Below are positions 28,488 to 37,820 of a stretch of DNA of 64,000 nucleotides, one piece after another; position 1 is the stretch's first letter; every line of letters starts with the position of its first letter. The stretch is taken from contig JACQFE010000049.1 of the NCBI GenBank assembly GCA_016200265.1, forward strand, positions 22,277 through 86,276, read 5' to 3'. The DNA is from Planctomycetota bacterium. Its GTDB lineage: Bacteria > Planctomycetota > Phycisphaerae > UBA1845. The notes beneath the pieces are model-generated. The model did not search any database. It was not told where the DNA came from and saw only the letters and a program-made list of their open reading frames with translations. A program made the translations under genes and the position numbers.

Positions 28488-29393
28488 ATGAGAAGGATGC
28501 TGATACTGGCGCTGGCGTCGGCGATCGTCACCCCGGCCATGGCACAGGATAAGAAACCGGCGACAACGACCACGACGCACGAGAAGACGACGGTTCGGAC
28601 GACGGAAAAGACCATGGCCAAGGAATCGTATGACCTCCTTGGACCTCCGTTATTGAACATGAACGACACGACGACCGTGCCGCCGCACCGGATTGATCTC
28701 AGAATGACTGGCGCATGGGAAACGGCAAACTATCCGGCCAATGGCCACGATAAGCATGATGACACGCACATTGTGCCTCACGTAGTGGTCGGCCTCACGG
28801 ATAACTTGGAAATGTCCGTGGCCAACTTCATCTGGGTCGATAGTAAGGGTGACGTCGGTCCGCTACGGGATGGAAACTACGACACGCACGTCGGAGCCCT
28901 GTGGCGATTCAGGGATCAGGAAGGCTATGTTCCGGCGATGGCCGTAAGCGGCGGACTACGCGTGCCGACGGGCCAGCATTCCAACGGCGTCGATGCGGAA
29001 GTGAGAGCGCTATTTACCAATCAGTACGACAACGGGATGCGTTCGCACATCAACGTCTTTGGCACAAGCGTGAACGGGAACAACGACGGGAGCACCCGTT
29101 ATCTGGACACGAACGGCAATTTCCCGGACGACCGCCATTTCCAATATGGCATTGTCGTGGGTATGGACGGCCCACTGTGCGACGATGGAAAGGTCCACTG
29201 GATTGCCGATTACATGAACCGCAGCGGCCAACACTATGGCTCCAGGAATATGAATATTCTTGAACTGGGTTTTCAGTGGCAAATTGCAGATAATGACGCT
29301 CTCAGCATGGCGACCCAAATCGGCCTAGACGGTAACGACCAAACGCCGAATGCCGCAGCGGGAATCACGTATTCGCATAGTCTTTGCTGGTAA
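28488..29393 (+). CDS. putative outer-membrane beta-barrel protein
   Basis: Signal peptide MRRMLILALASAIVTPAMA. A Thr/Lys-rich linker follows. Alternating amphipathic strands and a C-terminal aromatic residue (...GITYSHSLCW). Confidence 0.5.
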   Translation: MRRMLILALASAIVTPAMAQDKKPATTTTTHEKTTVRTTEKTMAKESYDLLGPPLLNMNDTTTVPPHRIDLRMTGAWETANYPANGHDKHDDTHIVPHVVVGLTDNLEMSVANFIWVDSKGDVGPLRDGNYDTHVGALWRFRDQEGYVPAMAVSGGLRVPTGQHSNGVDAEVRALFTNQYDNGMRSHINVFGTSVNGNNDGSTRYLDTNGNFPDDRHFQYGIVVGMDGPLCDDGKVHWIADYMNRSGQHYGSRNMNILELGFQWQIADNDALSMATQIGLDGNDQTPNAAAGITYSHSLCW

Positions 29394-29543
29394 GATCATT
29401 TGCTCCGCGGCATCGCCGCAAAGTGTTATTTCGACGATCCTTGAACCGGCCGGGCGACCATCAGTCGTCAGGCCGGTTTCATTTTTGATGACCTGGCGTT
29501 GGAAATTTTCGCAAAGGTCCGCAATTGCTCGTACAATTTCGTC

Positions 29544-29771
29544 ATGCAAGGAACGAAGCTGGCGCGACTCTGGAAGCACGTTACGAAAGACGGCAAGGCC
29601 TATCTTTCCGGGCCAATGACCAAAATTACCCGTCTTGTGGTAGTGGAAAACACCCGCAAAAAGGACCCCAAGGATCCGGATTTTTATGCATACGTGGTTC
29701 CGAATCGCGGTCCGCGGGCGCTGGACGACCAAGGTCTGTCGGATAGTCTCGATGATACCGCGTTTGAATAA
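29544..29771 (+). CDS. small hypothetical protein (DUF736-like pattern?)
   Basis: MQGTKLARLWKHVTKDGKAYLSGPMTKITRLVVVENTRKKDPKDPDFYAYVV. This is a loose resemblance only, within ORF 29499..29771. Confidence 0.35.
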   Translation: MQGTKLARLWKHVTKDGKAYLSGPMTKITRLVVVENTRKKDPKDPDFYAYVVPNRGPRALDDQGLSDSLDDTAFE

Positions 29772-29884
29772 TACCAATTCCAGAAATTAATGGCGCGGTT
29801 CGGTTTCAGTGAGTGCCACTGGTAGCTTGCCTGCCAGTACTGGTACGGGCGGACAAGCCGCCCATGGCACCGCGGAGGTAGCGC

Positions 29885-29923
29885 CAATAATTATTGGGAT
29901 TCGTATATTATTGGGATTCGTAT
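29885..29923 (+). repeat. perfect 17-nt tandem duplication overlapping a 14-nt palindrome, upstream of the GYF/AIM24 gene
   Basis: attattgggattcgtat occurs at 29890-29906 and again at 29907-29923. ccaataattattgg (29885-29898) is a perfect palindrome. The ATG is at 29957. Confidence 0.8.
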
Positions 29924-29956
29924 AAGGCATCCCCCGAAGTCGAAGGAGTGCAATAC

Positions 29957-30967
29957 ATGGCTGCCGTTTCTGAGTGGTACTATGTGAAGAATGGTCAGAC
30001 GGTTGGGCCGGTGACCTTTGATGAATTGCGGGGTGCTGTAGCGTCACTGGGGCCGGCGACGATGGTCTGGGGTCCGGGAGCGCCGGAGTGGATTGAAGCA
30101 AATCGTATGCCTGCACTGAGCGGTGCAAACTCCACGGGTGCGACCATGCGTGCCGGACCTCCGCCCGCACCGATGCCTGGCCGTGCGGATGAAATCGATT
30201 ACCAGATCGTCGGGGACGACATGCAATATGTCGAGATCACGCTTGATCCCGGAGAAATGGTGATCGCCGAGGCCGGCGCCTTGATGTACATGACGCAAGG
30301 CATTGAGATGCAAACGGTATTCGGCGATCCCGCGAAGAACCAAGGTTTCTTCGGGAAATTGCTCGACGCCGGGAAGCGGGTCGTCACCGGCGAGTCGCTT
30401 TTTCTCACCACATTTGGGGCCGCAAGCGATCATCGCGAGCAAGTTGCGTTCGCGGCGCCGTATCCGGGCAAGATCATTCCGATGCACCTTGACCAGCTTG
30501 GAGGTGAGCTGATCGCACAGAAAGAAGCCTTTCTTTGTGCGGCCCGCGGCGTTCACGTGGGCATTGCGTTTCAAAAGAAAATCCTCACTGGTTTGTTCGG
30601 CGGCGAAGGCTTCATCCTTGAACGGCTGACGGGTGACGGAATCGCCTTTGTTCATGCCGGAGGAACGATTTGCAAGAGGGAGCTCGCGCCGGGTGAAGTT
30701 CTGCGGCTCGATACAGGTTGTCTGGTGGCTCTTCAGCCTTCGGTGGATTATGACGTGGAGATCAACCGCGGAATCAAGAATACGATCTTTGGCGGCGAAG
30801 GACTGTTTTTGGCGACTCTTCGCGGTCCGGGACAGGTGTGGCTGCAATCGTTGCCGTTTAGTCGGCTGGCCGGCCGCGTGCTTGCTAATTTGCCGCACGC
30901 TTCTCGTGGCAAAGACGAAGGATCTTTGCTAGGTGGCTTGTTTAACGTATTTGAATCCAAAGAATAA
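29957..30967 (+). CDS. GYF_2 (DUF4339) domain fused to an AIM24 / TIGR00266-family (DUF124) domain
   Basis: The start is preceded by gaaggag. GYF_2 region: WYYVKNGQTVGPVTFDELR...WGPGAPEWIEANRMPAL. AIM24 region: IDYQIVGDDMQYVEITLDPGEMVIAEAGALMYM...GEGLFLATLRGPGQVWLQSLP. Confidence 0.75.
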   Translation: MAAVSEWYYVKNGQTVGPVTFDELRGAVASLGPATMVWGPGAPEWIEANRMPALSGANSTGATMRAGPPPAPMPGRADEIDYQIVGDDMQYVEITLDPGEMVIAEAGALMYMTQGIEMQTVFGDPAKNQGFFGKLLDAGKRVVTGESLFLTTFGAASDHREQVAFAAPYPGKIIPMHLDQLGGELIAQKEAFLCAARGVHVGIAFQKKILTGLFGGEGFILERLTGDGIAFVHAGGTICKRELAPGEVLRLDTGCLVALQPSVDYDVEINRGIKNTIFGGEGLFLATLRGPGQVWLQSLPFSRLAGRVLANLPHASRGKDEGSLLGGLFNVFESKE

Positions 30968-31002
30968 TCGTTTCGGCGATAATCGGGGTCTGCGTTGGCG
31001 TC

Positions 31003-31710
31003 ATGATTCAATTGGGCGAAACTGAAATCCGCGTGCTGGGTGTCATGATCGAGAAATCGCTTACGCAGGCGAGCGGTTACCCGATGACCATCAATGCAAT
31101 TCTGCTCGGCGCGAATCAATTGCAGAATCGTGATCCGGTCGTGGAGTATTCCGAAGCGCAGGTGGCGACGGCGCTGGGGGATCTGATTCACAGAAAGCTG
31201 GCCGCACAAGCGCCGCCGGAGCCGGGAGCGCGGGCCAACCGATTCGTCCATCGCGCCGTGGAAGAGTTTCACTGGGATCGGCGAGAGCAGGCGATCATGG
31301 CCGAATTGTTGCTGCGCGGGCATCAGACGGCGGGCGAGCTTCGTTCGCGCGCCTCGCGCATGACGCTTTTCGCGGATATCGCCGCCGTGTTGACCACGCT
31401 GGAAGAGCTTCAGCGCCGTGAGCCGCAATTCGTCGAAGAGTTGTCCCGCGAGCCGGGGCGTTCGACGACTCGATTCCGGCATTTGTTGTCGAATGACGAG
31501 GCCGAACGATCGATGGAATCGTCGGCTGTATCCGAGCAGAGTGCGGCTCAGGTTTTGCCCAGCGAGTCGAGTGCAATGGTGATCGAATCAAGTATTCGGG
31601 CCTCACCAAGCGCGGGCAATTTCGACTACGAGGCGCGGTTCGAAGGGATCGAGCGGCGCCTTGAGGCGATTGAGCGTGACATGCATAGAATCAGGGCGTT
31701 GATTGAATAG
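31003..31710 (+). CDS. YceH-like protein (DUF480) with C-terminal coiled coil
   Basis: Has LGETEIRVLGVMIEKSLTQASGYPMTINAILLGANQLQNRDPVVEYSE and a second winged-helix repeat. Confidence 0.8.
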   Translation: MIQLGETEIRVLGVMIEKSLTQASGYPMTINAILLGANQLQNRDPVVEYSEAQVATALGDLIHRKLAAQAPPEPGARANRFVHRAVEEFHWDRREQAIMAELLLRGHQTAGELRSRASRMTLFADIAAVLTTLEELQRREPQFVEELSREPGRSTTRFRHLLSNDEAERSMESSAVSEQSAAQVLPSESSAMVIESSIRASPSAGNFDYEARFEGIERRLEAIERDMHRIRALIE

Positions 31711-31766
31711 CAACGTCGCGAAATTTCGGGATCAATGGATGGATGTCTCAATATGGAGGCCAGGCG

Positions 31767-32225
31767 ATGATGCGTTTTCGACCAATTCAGGATGCACAGG
31801 CCGTGATGGGCGCACTGCAAAATGAAATGAACCGCGTGTTCGACCGCGTCTGGCACGCGGGAATATCCACCGGCCCGTTTGACGGTCAAGCCTGGGCACC
31901 GTGCATAGATCTTTACGAATTTCCGGATCGGTATTTGTTGCTGGCGGAAGTCGCGGGGATCGATGCCGAATCCATTGAACTGACGTATCAAGATCGGGTG
32001 CTGACGATTCGCGGCAACCGGCCAAGACCCGCCGGCGCGTTTGATGACACGCCGACTCCGATCAACGAACGCCGCTACGGAAATTTCTCTCGGACGGTTG
32101 ACCTGTCCGCCGCGGTCAATGCGGACGGCATCAGCGCTCGTTGTCCGGCCGGTGTGCTGGAAGTAACCCTGCCGAAAACCGAAACCGCCCGCGGGCGCAC
32201 GATCCACGTTCAAGAATCTCCGTGA
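31767..32225 (+). CDS. small heat-shock protein, Hsp20/alpha-crystallin family
   Basis: ORF 31743..32225; I prefer ATGATG at 31767, after ggagg. Has PCIDLYEFPDRYLLLAEVAGIDAESIELTYQDRVLTIRGNR...ERRYGNFSRTVDL...GVLEVTLPK. Confidence 0.85.
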   Translation: MMRFRPIQDAQAVMGALQNEMNRVFDRVWHAGISTGPFDGQAWAPCIDLYEFPDRYLLLAEVAGIDAESIELTYQDRVLTIRGNRPRPAGAFDDTPTPINERRYGNFSRTVDLSAAVNADGISARCPAGVLEVTLPKTETARGRTIHVQESP

Positions 32226-32318
32226 AAGACAAAATGCCTCATGGCGTAATTTCCACGTTGCATACCGAAGACAAGGCGTGGCCGAATTCATTCCCGTCGC
32301 GATGGAACGAATTTTGGC

Positions 32319-32370
32319 TATAATCTCCTCCGCGCCGAGAACATTTTGAAGCGTTCGCGCGGAGGAAGAA
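32319..32370 (+). promoter_or_regulatory. ileS leader: TATAAT box followed by a hairpin that sequesters the Shine-Dalgarno
   Basis: tataat lies at 32319-32324. tcctccgcgc (32326-32335) is the exact reverse complement of gcgcggagga (32357-32366). The 3' arm contains the ggagga SD, 4 nt before ATG 32371. Confidence 0.4.
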
Positions 32371-35300
32371 ATGCCGTTCGACAAGGTCGATCCAAAAGTT
32401 GATTTTCCGGCCATGGAGCGAGACATCCTCTCGTTCTGGGGAGAAACCCACGCGTTTGACAAGCTGCGCGAGATCAATCGCGGAAAGCCGAAGTGGTCCT
32501 TTCTCGACGGCCCGATCACCGCGAACAACCCGATGGGCGTGCATCACGCCTGGGGCCGGACATACAAAGACCTTTATCAGCGATATTTCGCGGCCTCTCC
32601 GTGGACGGCGCCTGAAGGCGAAAGGCGCAAGGATGGCAAACTGGCCAGCTGGGGACACGAGCTGCGATATCAGAATGGCTTCGACTGTCAGGGATTGTGG
32701 GTCGAAGTGGAAGTCGAGAAGGAACATGGGTTTGCGTCCAAGAAGGACATCGAGGGATATGGCATTGGGGAATTCGTGGAGGAGTGCAAGGCTCGGGCGC
32801 AGAAGTTCGCGGGCATCCAGACGGAGCAGTCGAAGCGGCTCGGACAATGGATGGATTGGGACAACTCCTATTACACGATGTCCGATGAAAACAATTATTC
32901 CATCTGGGCATTCCTGAAAAAGTGCCACGAGAAGGGCCTGATCTATAAGGGTGTCGATGTCATGCCGTGGTGCCCACGCTGTGGCACCGGCATCAGTCAG
33001 ATGGAAATGAATGAAGGCTATCGCGAGGTGGCACACACGTCTGTATTCGTACTTTTTCCAATTCCGCCTCCCCCCTTAACAAGGGGGGATACAAGAAGGT
33101 CACCCGATTCTCCAAAGGAATTCCTCCTCGTTTGGACAACTACGCCATGGACGCTTTCATCCAACGTCGCGGCCGCAGTCAAGCCCGACATGACCTATGT
33201 GAAAGTGAAACAGGGTGATCGGTATTATTACTTGGGTAAAGCGAATTTTGAGGCGGCCCGAAGTCAGCCGGTCCAGACGGCGGACAAGTCCAAGATCCCG
33301 GGTCTGACGCCGATTCAGTCATTGTTCAAGAACAATGGTGCGTTTGAAGTGGTTGAGGAGTTACCCGGCTCAAAGCTGGTCGATCTTCGATACCACGGGC
33401 CGTTCGATTCCCTACCAGGCGCCGCAGAGGCCGTGCCCGTGCATCGCGTGATTGCGTGGGATTCGGTGACGGAATCCGAAGGCACGGGGATTGTCCATAT
33501 CGCCCCGGGATGCGGCGCGGAGGACTATGCCCTTGGAAAAGAGCTGGGATTACCGCGGATTGCCCCGCTTTTTGAGGATGGCAAATTTCGGCCGGAGTTT
33601 GGATTTCTCGCGGGTCGTCGGTTCGATCAGGTGGCTGATGATGTCGTTGCGGACCTGAAGACGCGAGGCCTGCTCTTTGCCAAAGAGCAATACTGGCATC
33701 GATATCCACACTGCTGGCGTTGCAAGGATGAACTGGTCTATCGCCTCGTTGACGAGTGGTTCATCAATATGAACTGGCGCGACGAGATCATGGACTCGGT
33801 TCGCCAGGCACGTTGGATTCCCGAGTGGGGATTGGAGCGCGAGCTGGACTGGCTTCGAAACATGGGTGATTGGATGATCTCTAAAAAGCGCTATTGGGGA
33901 TTGGCGCTGCCGATATGGGAATGCCACGAATGCGGGCATTTCGAAATCATTGGCGATCGCGAAGAACTGAAGGCATTGGCAGTTGCGGGTTGGGATCAGT
34001 TTGACGGCCATTCACCACATCGACCGTGGGTGGATGAGGTGAAGATTCGCTGCCCGCAGTGTGGCAACAAGAACGTCAGCCGTGTCAAAGACGTGGGGAA
34101 TCCGTGGCTCGATGCCAGCATCGTCTCGTTCTCCACGATGAAGTATTTCACGGATCGCGAATCCTGGCAGCAATGGTTCCCGGTTGATTTCGTCGTCGAG
34201 GCATTTCCGGGGCAATTCCGCAACTGGTTTTACGCACTGCTCACCGTCAGCACGATGATGGTCGGTCGATCGCCTTTTAAGGTGCTCAAAGGGCACGGGC
34301 TGGTCATGGATGACGAAGGCAAGCCCATGCACAAGTCGTCGGGCAACGCAATTGAATTCAATGAGGCCGCCAACAAGATCGGCGTCGATGTGATGCGCTG
34401 GCTGTACGCCTCGACGCCGCCGGAGCGAAATGTCCTCTTCGGCCCGCATCACACGGACGAAGTGCGCCGCGAATTCATCTTGCCTTTGTGGAATGTGTAT
34501 TCATTTTTCTGCAATCTCGCACGTGTGGACGACTTCAGGCCCGATGTGCATACGTGTACGGCCGCAGAGCGATCGCTGCTCGATCAATGGATCTTATCCG
34601 ATTTGAACCGGCTCATTCAAATCGCACATGCGTGTTACAGTCGATTCGAGATTCATCGATTCTGCGAAGAGGCGAGGGCATTCATTGATGTGCTGAGCAC
34701 GTGGTATGTGCGGCGTTCGCGGCGGCGTTTCTACGGCGAAGGCTGGCCGGCGGACAAGCGTGCGGCCTATGCAACTCTGTATCAGGTTCTCACGACGTTC
34801 AATCGAATCATCGCTCCGATCGTTCCATTTCTTACGGAATCAATCTATCAAAATCTGGTGGCGAGGCAGTGCACCGATGTGCCCGCAAGCGTGCATCATG
34901 TTCCGATCCCGATAGCGGACGCCGGGCTCATCGACGAGAAGCTGTCATCTCTGGTGGCGTCCAGCCTTCGATTGATGTCGCTCGCACGCAGCGCGCGCAA
35001 GGAATCGAACTTGAAAATTCGTCAGCCGGTCGCGGAACTCGTCGTCGTGCCGGGCAATGACACTGAGCGGGAGGCCGTCGAGATTTTCACCGACCACTTC
35101 GAAGAGGAGATCAACGTCAAGAAAGTGCGGGTCCGCGCGGATCGCGATGGGCTTTGCTCGGTGAAGGTCGCTCCGAACAACAAGCTGCTTGGCCCGAAGT
35201 TTGGACGAAATCTCCAGGCGGCGAAGGCGGCTATCGCGGCAATCGACGGCGTTGCTCTGGATCAGCGGCTCGCGCGCGGCGAATCGATCAGTCTCGCTGT

Positions 35301-35697
35301 TGCGGGAGCGGATGTTCCCATTGAATTAGGCGATTTGGTCATCACGAGATCGTATGGAGAGGGCTGGGCCGGCGCCGCCGATGGGGCCACCGTCGTGCTT
35401 ATTGATACGCGCATCACACCGGAACTTCGCAATGAAGGCCTGGCCCGCGACATCGTTCGAAACGTGCAAAACCTTCGCAAGGACGCGGGGCTGGATCTTG
35501 CCGACCGCATTCGCCTGAGCCTTGTAACGGACTCCGCGATTCTTCGCGGCGCTATCGACCAGTTCCTCGAGTATATCGCGGCCGAGACGCTGGCGTCAGA
35601 GATCATGGACGAGCCGCTCCACTCCGCCGCGTCCAAGGCGGAGGTCAAGATCGAGCCCAACCAGAGTGTGGACATCGCCTTGGTCAGGGCCGGTTGA
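32371..35697 (+). CDS. ileS: isoleucine--tRNA ligase (type 2)
   Basis: 1108 aa. Has PITANNPMGVHHAWGRTYKD (HIGH region), the WTTTPWTL editing domain, a Zn knuckle CPQCG and a KMSKS-region variant (PMHKSSGN). Confidence 0.95.
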   Translation: MPFDKVDPKVDFPAMERDILSFWGETHAFDKLREINRGKPKWSFLDGPITANNPMGVHHAWGRTYKDLYQRYFAASPWTAPEGERRKDGKLASWGHELRYQNGFDCQGLWVEVEVEKEHGFASKKDIEGYGIGEFVEECKARAQKFAGIQTEQSKRLGQWMDWDNSYYTMSDENNYSIWAFLKKCHEKGLIYKGVDVMPWCPRCGTGISQMEMNEGYREVAHTSVFVLFPIPPPPLTRGDTRRSPDSPKEFLLVWTTTPWTLSSNVAAAVKPDMTYVKVKQGDRYYYLGKANFEAARSQPVQTADKSKIPGLTPIQSLFKNNGAFEVVEELPGSKLVDLRYHGPFDSLPGAAEAVPVHRVIAWDSVTESEGTGIVHIAPGCGAEDYALGKELGLPRIAPLFEDGKFRPEFGFLAGRRFDQVADDVVADLKTRGLLFAKEQYWHRYPHCWRCKDELVYRLVDEWFINMNWRDEIMDSVRQARWIPEWGLERELDWLRNMGDWMISKKRYWGLALPIWECHECGHFEIIGDREELKALAVAGWDQFDGHSPHRPWVDEVKIRCPQCGNKNVSRVKDVGNPWLDASIVSFSTMKYFTDRESWQQWFPVDFVVEAFPGQFRNWFYALLTVSTMMVGRSPFKVLKGHGLVMDDEGKPMHKSSGNAIEFNEAANKIGVDVMRWLYASTPPERNVLFGPHHTDEVRREFILPLWNVYSFFCNLARVDDFRPDVHTCTAAERSLLDQWILSDLNRLIQIAHACYSRFEIHRFCEEARAFIDVLSTWYVRRSRRRFYGEGWPADKRAAYATLYQVLTTFNRIIAPIVPFLTESIYQNLVARQCTDVPASVHHVPIPIADAGLIDEKLSSLVASSLRLMSLARSARKESNLKIRQPVAELVVVPGNDTEREAVEIFTDHFEEEINVKKVRVRADRDGLCSVKVAPNNKLLGPKFGRNLQAAKAAIAAIDGVALDQRLARGESISLAVAGADVPIELGDLVITRSYGEGWAGAADGATVVLIDTRITPELRNEGLARDIVRNVQNLRKDAGLDLADRIRLSLVTDSAILRGAIDQFLEYIAAETLASEIMDEPLHSAASKAEVKIEPNQSVDIALVRAG

Positions 35698-35743
35698 GCG
35701 CCGTAGCGCTCTGCGACCGCAGGAGAGGACGGGGCTACCAAGA

Positions 35744-36187
35744 GTGAGCAAGCAAGAAGTCATAGACGCCGCCCGAGAAGCGCTCGACTTCCTCGTCTCG
35801 GAAAAAGCCTTCGTCGGCACGGACTCCGACGAAAAGTGGTACCTTACCACGCTCCGGTACACATGCGGGAACATCGGGATTGAGGCCGAGCTTGACTGGC
35901 ACGAGCGGGCAGCGTTCTTGCTCCTTGTCCGGCTCCAAAACGGCATCTGGCCGAAGGGGTACTATGTGGACGACGGAAAAACCTGCCGCGTACACTTGGG
36001 TAGCGCAGTCAGGCACTATGCGTGGCCCGTCAGCCTCCCGTTTGTGGGCAACGCCGGTGCGGCTACAGACCAACGGATGATCACGGCGATCAAAAGGGAC
36101 GCCGAAATACTGCGCGAAGTGCTCGACCGCATTTTGGAGAATAACGTGGACCTGTTCGAACAAGTACGTCAGAATCGATTCCGGTGA
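35744..36187 (+). CDS. hypothetical protein
   Basis: Part of ORF 35666..36187, which overlaps the ileS end. A GTG at 35744 downstream of aggagagg is a plausible start. I recognise no family. Confidence 0.35.
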   Translation: MSKQEVIDAAREALDFLVSEKAFVGTDSDEKWYLTTLRYTCGNIGIEAELDWHERAAFLLLVRLQNGIWPKGYYVDDGKTCRVHLGSAVRHYAWPVSLPFVGNAGAATDQRMITAIKRDAEILREVLDRILENNVDLFEQVRQNRFR

Positions 36188-36290
36188 ATATTCAACAACC
36201 ATCCGCCGGACTTCCACCCAAACGGGCGTCGAAATCGAACCAAGACACAGCGTTCCCATCGCACGAACCAAGGCATGAAGTGAATTCACG

Positions 36291-37472
36291 ATGACATTAT
36301 CCAGCGATCCTCGATCCGGTTGGCAGGGACATTACGGCGAATCGCCGAACTATGCCCCAAGGCCGCGGCACAATTGGTTTGCGATGCTCAGTCTGTGGGT
36401 CGTGATTTTCCTGCTGATCGCGACATGGTGGCGGCGGGAGGCCCCGCGACCGCTGTTCGATCCCGGTGCTCCACCGCGAGCGGTGACGGCCCGCGGCGAT
36501 CTGGCGTCCGACGAAAAGGCCACTATCGACATTTTCAAAGAGGCCTCGCCTTCCGTCGTCTACATCACCACTCGCGAGGTCGCCCGCGATATTTTCAGCA
36601 TGAATCTCTTTGAAATTCCGCGCGGCACCGGTTCCGGGATCATCTTCGACACCGAAGGGCATATCGTCACCAATTTCCACGTCGTGGCCGAAGGCGAGAA
36701 ATGGCTGGTGACGCTCGCCGATCATTCCGACTGGGAGGCCTCCAAGGTCGGTGAAGCGCCCGACAAGGACATCGCCGTCTTGCAGATCAACGCCCCCGCC
36801 TCTCGGCTCAAGCCCATCGCGATCGGCACGTCGTCTGACTTGCAGGTCGGACAAAAGGTATTCGCCATCGGCGATCCGTTTGGCCTCGATCAGACTCTTA
36901 CCACGGGAATCGTCAGCGCACTTGGTCGCGAGATTAACTCTCTGACCGGGCGAGCGATTCATGACGTGATTCAGACCGATGCGGCCATCAATCCCGGCAA
37001 CAGCGGCGGACCCTTGCTCGATAGCGCTGGTCGGCTGATCGGCGTCAACACGCAGATCGCAAGTCCATCGGGCGCCAGCGCGGGCATCGGATTTGCGATC
37101 CCGATCGATACGGTGAACCGCGTCGCGACGGATTTGATTCGGCATGGAAAAGTGCAGCGTCCAGTGCTCGGCGTTGTGACCTGGCCCGATAGCGTTACGC
37201 GACAGCTTGGCGTGAAGGGCGTGCTTCTTCGCGATGTGCCCATGGGCAGTGCGGCCGACAAGGCAGGCCTACGCGGCACGGTGATGACTCGAAGCGGTCG
37301 AATTAAACAGGTGGGCGACTTGATCCTCAAAGTTGACGATCGCCCCGTGAAGGATCAAAACAGCCTGCTGGATGCCTTGGAAAGCCATAAGATCGGCGAC
37401 GAAGTTCGTGTGGGCTTCTTGCGAGACGATCAAGAGCAGTCGGTAAGCGTCCGCCTGCAAGCACCGGAATGA
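36291..37472 (+). CDS. HtrA/DegP-family serine protease with one PDZ domain
   Basis: Has an N-terminal TM, the trypsin fold (TNFHVV..DIAVL..NPGNSGGPLLD) and a C-terminal PDZ (GVLLRDVPMGSAADKAGLR...GDLILKVDDRPV). Confidence 0.9.
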   Translation: MTLSSDPRSGWQGHYGESPNYAPRPRHNWFAMLSLWVVIFLLIATWWRREAPRPLFDPGAPPRAVTARGDLASDEKATIDIFKEASPSVVYITTREVARDIFSMNLFEIPRGTGSGIIFDTEGHIVTNFHVVAEGEKWLVTLADHSDWEASKVGEAPDKDIAVLQINAPASRLKPIAIGTSSDLQVGQKVFAIGDPFGLDQTLTTGIVSALGREINSLTGRAIHDVIQTDAAINPGNSGGPLLDSAGRLIGVNTQIASPSGASAGIGFAIPIDTVNRVATDLIRHGKVQRPVLGVVTWPDSVTRQLGVKGVLLRDVPMGSAADKAGLRGTVMTRSGRIKQVGDLILKVDDRPVKDQNSLLDALESHKIGDEVRVGFLRDDQEQSVSVRLQAPE

Positions 37473-37505
37473 TGAATTGCTGATGATGGACTGGGAGAAA
37501 TTCGC

Positions 37506-37766
37506 ATGAGCAACGTAAGACATGGCGAGAGGCCAATTGTGGTGGAAGAGACGGCGGGCACGAAAGCCTATTGCCAGTGCGGGCATTCACAGAAATTGCC
37601 GTATTGCGACGGCTCGCACAGTCGCGTCGGCGCGGGCGTCGGGCCCATGATTGTCGAAGTTCCCGCTCCCGGAAGGAAATCCATCTGCCAGTGCCACCAG
37701 AGTGCATCGAAGCCCTGGTGTGATGGGACGCATAAGCAGCTCCCGCGCGAGCAGCCCACATCATAG
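37506..37766 (+). CDS. CDGSH-type iron-sulfur domain protein (two CDGSH motifs)
   Basis: Has CQCGHSQKLPYCDGSH and CQCHQSASKPWCDGTH. Confidence 0.85.
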   Translation: MSNVRHGERPIVVEETAGTKAYCQCGHSQKLPYCDGSHSRVGAGVGPMIVEVPAPGRKSICQCHQSASKPWCDGTHKQLPREQPTS

Positions 37767-37820
37767 GAATACTTCCGGTTGCCGTGACGCCATCACGAGA
37801 ACAGGTAGAATCTCGCCATC

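Noticed and set aside
29800-29880. A GCCACTG string (B12-box-like) and nearby hairpins upstream of the GYF/AIM24 gene, which might suggest a cobalamin riboswitch.
   Set aside because: The other conserved cobalamin-riboswitch blocks are not visible, and the downstream gene has no link to B12. Only an Rfam cmscan could settle it.
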